This document shows positions 54,785 to 64,000 of a DNA stretch of 64,000 bases, in pieces. This DNA is from the human T2T-CHM13v2.0 reference genome, Homo sapiens: assembly GCF_009914755.1 (NCBI RefSeq), contig NC_060927.1. One strand, given 5' to 3'. A model generated the notes under the pieces. That model saw only the letters and a list, made by a program, of their open reading frames with translations, made no database searches and had not been told where the DNA came from. The position numbers and the translations under genes are program-made. Numbering within the stretch: the stretch's first letter is position 1; every line of letters begins with the position of its first letter.

Positions 54785-55849
54785 TTCCTCTTTGCATTTT
54801 CATCACTCATACCCAATGAGATTCTTCTTTTCTTAGCCTAGTAAACATAACACTCTCTCAATCCTGTTATAGTGTATGAAAGGCAGGTGATGATTACTCT
54901 GGCCTGTTGACTCAGGGAAAGAAGTGGTGAGGCTTTGAGCTACTTCTTCATGTCTACTTGAGGTTTGAGTGTGAAGATGTGTTTGGGGTAAGGGTGATGA
55001 CACTGTCCACCCTTTTTTCTAGTATCGTCAGCACCATTGATCACTGTGTTCTAAGAGATTGGGGATAGAGACAACATTCTTTGGAATTTTTCATCTTGAG
55101 AGGTTTTTGTCTAGCCTCTTCATTTATGGCCATGGATGTCAGAAGCAAGAAAGGAAGAACTACAGAACTATAAAAATTTTGGCAATGTTCTCTTTAGTAA
55201 CTTCATAGTATTCTGCTCTACTATTCTGTCTCTAGCACTGGATGTCTTTCCCTGACAGTCTTTACCTTTATAGTCATTTGGAGAAAGTGGAGATACCAAT
55301 GACTTAAGCACTCGCCTTAATTTGGTCGCCTCATTTTCCCGTGTTTATTTGGAGGAGTGCAGGGTGGATGCTTGGGCTAAGGCTGAAAGCTTGCTAACTG
55401 GCTTTACAAGTGGCTCTGAATGAAGAGAGAAACAGGACCTCCAACTTTCAAGGCCACCGTGAAGCACTGCTCAGTAATGTCATCAGGCTCACATGAATCT
55501 ATTTTCTCAAATTGTTGGGCTATAACCTCTTCCTAATAAGAAGAAATGGAACAAGGTCTTATTTTTCGATCATACTCCTTTGCAGATTCATTAGTTGCCA
55601 CTCCTGTGTTAGAAGAAAAATATAACGCGTTCCTTCTTTCATTTGATTTCCTACGGGCTCTGCAAGAATTTTCAGGGTATGAAAGGTAACCCTGCTCAAC
55701 ACTGATGTCTTCAGCTTGTTTCTACAAAGTAGGATTAATTTATAGCTCCATCTACTCATCCATTCAATTATCCCATTTATTTTAAAATAAATATTTATAA
55801 AATGCCTTCTTTGTGTTGAGGTGATGGAAATACAGTCTTGAATAAATGC

Positions 55850-55913
55850 CTGTCTAAGAACCTGGCATGGAGTGGGTTCTCATAGATATTTGTTGAGAAA
55901 ATGAATGAATGAA
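55850..55913 (+). mobile_element. L2 3' end
   Basis: cctggcatggagtgggttctcatagatatttgttgagaaaatgaatgaatgaa. Confidence 0.7.
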
Positions 55914-56189
55914 GACATGATTCCTGCTGTCGTGATACACAGTTTATTGGCAGTGGGTGTATGTGTATACACATTGAAGAATATGCTATTCCCAATGGAG
56001 GCTATGTTGGGAATACAAGGCAGGAACCTTTGGATATGACTTGGATAATTGGGAAAAGTTCTAAAATACATGGCATTTGAGTTGGATTATGAGATACCGT
56101 TTTCATGAAGAAGTGGATAGTACTGTAATGATTAGCACATGGACTTTGTAGTTCAGCGCACCTGAGTTTGAGCTCCAGTTCTCCCATGT

Positions 56190-56595
56190 GTGTATGCCAG
56201 TGCCTTCCAAAACCACCTGAATAACCTGTTGACCAAGCAAAGCCAAGTTTATCAAAGTTACTGCAGTAAGGAGGATAGCAGCTTAAAAGAGTCTTCATAC
56301 TATCTTGAAAGAAAGAGATCATAGGAAGGTATTTGATGTATATTAGCACTGGTGCTGGGTGATTTTTAGACTGTTCTTGTAAGGTGGGGGCACTGATTAA
56401 GAAAGGGCAGAGTTTGTAACATAAAGTGAGATGAGGATTTTAAAAAAGTCCAGAAAAGCAAGTTAATAGGTTCAAAATATGTAGTATTTTATTTAATTCA
56501 TTGTCTTCCAGAAGATCTTCTGAAGTAAATAATTCAATTTTTTTGGCTTGCTCTCAGAATTATTTAACACAGGATAGGAAAGTATGTTGATTTCA
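56190..56595 (-). mobile_element. MER89/MER90/MER110-group LTR inserted in a MIR (56120-56745)
   Basis: MIR head at 56120-56185 and MIR body after 56600; insert ends aggataggaaagtatgttgatttca. Confidence 0.5.
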
Positions 56596-56832
56596 GTACT
56601 CCCTAGCTATGTGAATTTTGACAATTTTTCCCCCAACTTGCTTTAATTTGGAGTTTATAGAATTAATGAAGCTAATAGATAGTTGAATGAGATAAAATGT
56701 ATTAGCACACAGAACTTGATGTATAGGAAGTATTCAATATAGGATTGTGGAGCTGTCACCATCAGCATCATCAGCATCATCTTCACATCTTCATCTTCCT
56801 CATGACTCTAATGATGATGATGATATCGTAAT

Positions 56833-58917
56833 TGTTGTGGAACTGAGCCTAGGTTTGCCCACCCAGCTCAGCAAAGCCAAACACTGACACCGAGGTTTAC
56901 AATGAGAGAAAGGAAGGCATTTATTGCAGGGCACCAAGCACAGAGAATGGGCAGCTCCTGTTTAAGATCTGGACTCCCCAGTGGCTTGCAAGCAAGGGTT
57001 TTTAAAGACAAGGGTACATCTAAGAAAAGCAGAAGTTACAGGCAAAATCATGAATTCATTCATGGAGGTTACAGATGGGTTTGGCCCAAAAAGGTGGGAT
57101 ATCTTGAAGCAGAGGCTTACAGGTCTTAGGTGAATTCAGAGATTCTTTAATTTGCAATGGGTTAATGGAGGAAGGCTTTGTCTAAAAACATGGGGTCAGC
57201 AGAAAGAGATGTCAAGGTTTGGCTTTAACCTACATTAGTTAAGATAAGGAAACCTATTAACAATCTTGGGGTGCTAAGCGAGAGTCAGGTCACAGCCATT
57301 ATGTATTGGGTCAGAGTGGTCAGGTTATCAAGACTGATGGCCTGCAGTCATGACTGTCTTTCCAGGTCCCTCAGGAAGAAATTTAGAACAAAGAACAGCA
57401 GTTCGTTCAGGCTTCAGTTTCCTTTTGTCTGAGGTCTATGTGACATCAGTCAGCAGTTTCCATCTGGTCAGGGTCTCGGTTTCTAAAAAACAAATTAACT
57501 CAAGATGGATTAAAGACTTAAATGTAGAACCCAAAACTATAAAAACACTACAAGAAAATCTAGGCAATACCATTCAAGACATAGGCATGGGCAAAGATTT
57601 CATGATGAAAATGTCAAACGCAATTGCAACACAAGCCAAAATTGACAAGTGGGATCTAATTAAACTAAAGTGCTTCTGCACAGCAAAGGAAACTATCATC
57701 AGAGCAAACAGAGAACCTTCAGAATGGGAGAAAATTTTTGCAACCTATCCATCTGACAAAGGTCTAATATCCAGAGTTTACAAGGAACTTAAGCAAATTC
57801 ACAAGGAAAAACCAAACAACACCAATAAAAAGTGGGCAAAGGTCATGAACAGACACTTCTCAAAATGTCTTCCTTTGAGAAGCCAACAAACGTATGAAAA
57901 AAAGCTCAACATCACTGATCATTAAATAAATGCAAATCAAAACCACAATGAGAAACCATCTCACGCAAGTCAGAATGGCGATTATTAAAAAGTCAGGAAA
58001 CAACAGATGCTGGTGAGGCTGTGGAGAGATAGGAATGCTTTTATGCTGTTGATGGGAGTGTAAATTAGTTCAACCGTTGTGGAAGACAGTGTGGCAATTC
58101 CTCAAAGACCTAGAACCAGAAATACCATTTGACCCAGCAATCCCATTATTGGGTATATACCCAAAGGAATATAAGTCATTCTATTACAAAGATACATGCA
58201 CATGTATGTTCATTGCAGCACCATTCGCAATGGCAAAGACATGGAATTCCCAAATGCCCATCAAAGATAGACTGGATAAAGAAAATGTGGTACATATACA
58301 CCATGGAATACTAAGCAGTGTTAAAAATGAACAAGAGCATGTATTTTGCAGGGACATGGATGGAGCTGGAAGCCATTATCTTCAGCAAACTAATGTAGGA
58401 ACAGAAAACCAAATACTGCATGTTCTCACTTGTAAGTAGGAACTAAACAATGAGAACAAATGGATTTAGGGAGGGGAACAACACACACTAGGGCCTGTTA
58501 GGGAGAGTGGGGGAAGGAAGAGCATCAGGAAAAATAGCTCGTGCATGCTGGGCTTAATACTAAGGTGATGGGTTGATAGGTGCAACAAACCACCATGGTA
58601 CATGTTTACCTATGTAACAAACCTGCACGTCCTGCTCATATACTCCGGAACTGAAAAACAAACAAAAGGAAAAAAAGTCAAGAACATAGGTCAAGATGTT
58701 ATCTTTTAGTTTCTATAGGGAACCAAACACCTTGAGCCTTTGATTTCCTTGGGTGACTTCATGTTCAGTTGGTTGTTTATTTACTTCTCTAATTGCTGCA
58801 TGCAGGGCTAGCTAGATGCCTAGAATTTCCTTGGAGGGACTCAAAATTTCTCTTTATTTCCATGCTTAGAGGGAGGTGAGGATGGCAGGCCCCTAAGAGG
58901 GGCCCCTGTGCCATTTC
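56833..58917 (-). mobile_element. MER39 ERV1 solo LTR split by an L1
   Basis: tttattgcagggcaccaagca...agcagaagttacaggcaaaatc; resumes aagatgttatcttttagtttctatagggaac at ~58680. Confidence 0.82.
57487..58677 (+). mobile_element. 5'-truncated LINE-1 (L1PA10-13-like)
   Basis: ORF2 C-terminal pieces ([25 protein letters not shown]), 3'UTR agcatcaggaaaaatagct, A-rich tail. Confidence 0.93.
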
Positions 58918-58919
58918 AT

Positions 58920-59040
58920 AATCTGGGAGATTAGAATCCTGTGTTCGCTCATCCTAGTTCTTGCAGAAATTTGTGTGATCTTGGGCAAGAGTCTTACCCT
59001 CTCTAGAACTCAGTTTCCGCTTCTGTAAAATAAAGACACT
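58920..59040 (+). mobile_element. MIR remnant
   Basis: tgtgtgatcttgggcaag...ctcagtttccgcttctgtaaaat. Confidence 0.75.
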
Positions 59041-59404
59041 GGCTTTCCTCATTTCACAAAGAATGACTAAAATTTCCTCCAGGTCTATGAATAAATTTGG
59101 CCTGGAGCAACTTGTCCTGTAATCTTTTTGTGTCTGAGCTCACTGTGCTGGTACTAGTCTCTAGTTTCTCCTGGAATATGGAAACTTTAATTATCTTTTG
59201 TGAAGTATTTGCGTTCTTAGCTGCCTTAGGCCATTGCTGTACTGCTGGGGAATGAGAATGCTGAACTATTAAGCAGCTGCTGATGTACATTCTGCACGAT
59301 TTGGCTCCCAGATCCTCCATGACCCACTGGAATGGGTTGTTTTTAAAAAGATAGACATTGTAGTGGGACTCATTCATGCACTGGTAGAAGTCATCAGAGA
59401 ATAG

Positions 59405-59605
59405 CATCTGGCAGTATAAAAAAGGGCAAAGAGCACAAATTTGGAATGAGAAGACAGAGCATCATTCTCTTTTCTCTGCCATTTTACAAAGTTGTTTTGC
59501 CTCACTGAGTCTTGGTTTCCCCGTCTAAGAAATGGAAGTAATAACAAAGAGACTATTGTACTACTCAGATGAGACAGTGAATGCTAAGATCTACATTCGC
59601 TGATA
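59405..59605 (+). mobile_element. MIR remnant
   Basis: cctcactgagtcttggtttccccgtctaagaaatggaagtaataa. Confidence 0.65.
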
Positions 59606-59609
59606 TTAC

Positions 59610-59740
59610 TGTTGAACATTCCACAGATACTTACTGAGTACCTACTACAAGCCGGGGACTTTTCTAGGACCTGGGAGCACAACGTAAGTGAGCCAGACAA
59701 AAATTTCCACCCACTACCAGGGAACTAATACTCTGGTGTG
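59610..59740 (-). mobile_element. L2a 3' end
   Basis: acagatacttactgagtacctacta...ttctaggacctgggag. Confidence 0.7.
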
Positions 59741-59855
59741 TGTGTTATGGTTGGGTTCGGGGAGGAAGCGGTTCTGTTGTTAGAACAAAGCAAACCCCTT
59801 ACTCCTGAGAGGCTTTGTTTGAAAAATTAGTTTGAAAGAAAGCAGAATGGGAGTT

Positions 59856-60507
59856 TGTGGCAAGCCAGGTGTCACTAACAGCTAATCAGGCAGGCCTCCA
59901 CGACAGCTGTTTCGGCACTGACTGAGTGGTTGAGTTAGACATTCAAAGCTGAAAGAGCCAGTGCCAGTATACACAGGTTGCAAAGTAACAAAATCCCAAC
60001 AAGAGTCTTGCTTAGGCCTTTCCTGGGCCTTGAAGCATGACAAGTTAATGAAGGAATTCTTAACAGGACCCGTTCAGGATTAAACAAGTTTTGCTGGGGG
60101 TCGGAAGAAACTCCCCAGACCTCCACAAACAAGTTTTGTTGGGAGCCTAAAGGAACTCCTTAAACCTCCATGATTTAGCAGGGGACAAGATAAGGGTAAT
60201 CACCCCAGCACCTGGGCCCGTCTAGATGAAGTAAATTTACTGAGGCTCCAGAGGAAGGTCTTCAGGACTCAGATCTTAGTTATAGATAAGAAGTTAATCA
60301 CATGTCTTTAGATGATATGTAGACATATAGATTGAATGTGTATAAGCTCTGGAAAACTTTGTAATTTTGAGTTGGTCTGGTGATATGTTCCCAGCCTTCT
60401 CCCTGTACGCAGTTACGGAAATCAACTCTCTTCTTTCACGGTTCATCTGTATCCCGTTATTGGGCTGTGAGAATAAGCAGCCCGACCCTCGGTTAGGTCT
60501 GGGAACA
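59856..60507 (+). mobile_element. PABL_A-like ERV1 solo LTR
   Basis: tgtggcaagccaggtgtcactaac...gcagcccgaccctcggttaggtctgggaaca; 4-bp TSD agtt / agct. Confidence 0.85.
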
Positions 60508-60509
60508 AG

Positions 60510-60700
60510 CTGATAATATTGAGGACCTGCTACATGCTAGGTCCTAAAAAGTGTTTTTGCATTTAATCCTTGCAAGGACCCTCTGTAGAAGGTGTTATGG
60601 TTCCCATTTCACAAGAGGAATTTGAGATGCAGAAAGTGAAGTCTGTCCTAGGGATTCAATTGCAGGTTTCTTTGATAACAAAGCTTTGGCTCTGTCAAAG
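60510..60700 (-). mobile_element. MIR remnant
   Basis: catttaatccttgcaagg...cccatttcacaagaggaa. Confidence 0.65.
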
Positions 60701-61819
60701 ACACTGATTACCATGTACTTTTAAGCCTCTAAATCTGAACCTTTGATTGTATTTTTTTTCTATTGTATGAAGCCTTTCTAAATTTCATAATAGTGAATTG
60801 CTAAAATGTTTTCAAGTCAGTTTACAATTTCTTTCCATTCTTTGCCTTATTTTACTTATAGAGGTATTGCACCTGCTTTGAAATTTCTATTGTACACGTT
60901 TGAGCTGGTTAATGAAGAATAAATAGGCACCTGATAGAATGCTCCTCCAGTTTATTATTATACTATATTTTATGTCTTGAGTGTCCCAGAAATGTTAGCT
61001 ATTGCTGTTACTGTTAATAATATTATTTTTACCTTTCCTGAGTGAAGAAATTACCAGATCAGAAGTAGGAGGGACTGAAAGGAGAGAAATAGGCTTTAGG
61101 CCCTATATTTGTAAAGGATAGTTGCTACCTGTATTTAGGGATTGGGCATCGACTGCAAGAACCCTGGGGAAAAAAATTGGAACCTAAGAGTGTGGCAGGG
61201 GGCATCCTAGAAACCTCTTCAAAATGGGGGTCACGTGTCCTCAGAATGGCTCTCAGGAAGGCTCCTTGGCATTCATATTTGTGAAAAGGTTGCAGGACCA
61301 CCATATAAGCGGGCAAAGATGGCTTTATTGCGGAAGCAGGAAGATTACTATTCTGTAGCTGAGAAAATCAGAGAGTAGAGGGTTTTGCTCCTGCTGCATT
61401 TGAATGGAATTGGCAGTGAGCTGGAATATAGCCTGCCTGTGGGTGGAGTTAGTGCACAGCATCAGTGGGCAGGCAAGGGAAAATAAAATATACCTACTTT
61501 GACTTTGCAGCCAGAAAGAGGGAGAATAAGCAAAACACAAAGGAAAAAAAATGGCTTCTCAGAAAACAGAACTGCTGTTAAGAGCTAGATAGCAATCTCA
61601 ACAAGCAATCTGAACAAGCAAATGACAGAACACTCATGTAGATTTCATGATGGCAGACAAACTTGCATATACACACATACACACGCTCAACTGGTGCGGC
61701 TTCCAAATGAAAATGTTAATTGAAAGATGGATGGATACCACAGAGACTTAAGTCAGGTCCCTTGATGAATAAGTAAAAAAAAAAAAAAAATACAAAATAT
61801 AGTGATATTACAAACGCAA

Positions 61820-62300
61820 GGAAATTACGGTAGAAAAGATAAGATAGTTGGAAGTCAGACCCAGGAGCTCTAATGGGTCAGTAATAGTCCCCTCAGAGGG
61901 AGAAGAAGGAAATGATAGTGGAGGCATATTAAATAAATAATATAAAAAAACTCCTTGAGATAAAGAAAGGCGTGAATCAACGATTGTGAAGTCACCTAGG
62001 TCTCTAGGCAGGATTAATAAGAGAAGATACAAACTTCATAAAATTGTTCGGCTTTGAGCGTAAAGAACAAATCTTGCAATCTTCTAGACAGAAAGAATAA
62101 GTTATTTTCAGAGGAAAAAAATTCAGACTGGCATCTGAATTCTCTGCATTGCTACAATGGACACTAGAAGAAGGGAGAGTAGCACCTGTAATTCCTGGAA
62201 AAAGGACTCCTGTATACAGTCAAAAAATCATTTCCACGTCAAGTGAAGGAAAGATATTTTGAGACAGAAAAGGATTTAGATACTATCTCATTGTAACTAA
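61820..62300 (+). mobile_element. Ancient L1M/HAL1-like ORF1 remnant
   Basis: aaattcagactggcatctgaattctc motif typical of the old ORF1 3' region. Confidence 0.5.
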
Positions 62301-62446
62301 TTACATTATTATATGTTAATTATATGTTAATATATTATTATATTATTATATGTTCAAAAAAGAACTTTGACCAAACAGATGCATCACAGTATAGAAACCT
62401 TAAGATGGAAGAAAACAGAGGGAAAGTAGAGGTGAAAAATAAACCT

Positions 62447-62488
62447 TGTTTTTTTTTGTTTTTTTTGTGTGTGTGTGTGTGTGTGTGT
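62447..62488. repeat. Poly(T) plus (TG)n microsatellite
   Basis: Read directly. Confidence 0.9.
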
Positions 62489-62909
62489 ATTTAAGTGGAT
62501 AATAATAAATGACTTAACAGATGTAATATAAATGCTAAATATGGAGTCTCAGAATTATCATTGCTAACCTTAGCATAGCCTGGAAGTAAAAGTATGAAAC
62601 TCCACAGAATCAGGTTGGTGCAGGTTTGAGCCTAATTTAGCAGAAGAAATATTTGTGCGGAAAACAGAAACCAGTTTGACAATTCTTTTCCTAGCTTGTC
62701 TTTTAGCCAAATACTTCTCTGTATAATTTAATAGATCTTGTTTTAAAGGAGAAAGGCAAAAGTATAATTTGGTGTAGAAAAAGTTCCAAGAGAAGTTTTT
62801 AGGCAAACAGGTTATTTCCTGAGATATTAAGCATTTTGCTAAAACTCTATTTTAGTAATGATTCAAATATTGGACATAGATATGAGTTCATGAGTTTAAA
62901 ACCTGTCAC

Positions 62910-63852
<943 letters not shown>

Positions 63853-64000
63853 CGCACTCTCAGACCTATCACTTGCTTCCTATAGCCTGTCTTTCCAATG
63901 CTTTGTTTTTTCTAAAAATTTATTTTATTAAAAATATGTGGTCAAAAAATGGCAGTAAAATTTCAGGTTGACAAACCTTGTGAATGGAATGGTTAGTATG

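Noticed and set aside
60080-60165. Direct repeat aaacaagttttg...ggaactcc
   Set aside because: Part of the PABL_A LTR as recalled, not a separate array

Overview
AT-rich primate (human-like) genomic DNA, mostly interspersed repeats, with no recognisable host protein-coding exon, RNA gene or CRISPR array. The long ORFs in the track are L1 ORF1/ORF2/ORF0 pieces or antisense and low-complexity artefacts. Main elements: the 3' part of an L1PA4/5-like element (+, 1-1491); a full-length but disrupted L1PA3-5-like element (-, ~4495-10652); a near full-length L1PA15/16-like element (+, ~14340-19764); older L1M/L1PB pieces; eight Alus; many solo LTRs (THE1C, MST, MLT1, MLT2A, MER31, MER39, MER66, LTR16, PABL_A); hAT MITEs; MIR and L2 remnants. 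Repeat subfamily names come from recalled consensus sequences, not from a search. I found no convincing new multi-gene system. The most interesting structures are (1) a ~230-bp locally templated copy inserted into an LTR16, (2) a second AATAAA+poly(A) behind the full-length L1 with flanks that do not rejoin, (3) a 17-bp tandem duplication inside that L1's ZNF93-binding 5'UTR segment, (4) strong orphan splice signals, including a 17-nt microexon candidate downstream of the L1 antisense promoter, and (5) a fold-back palindrome inside MLT2A.
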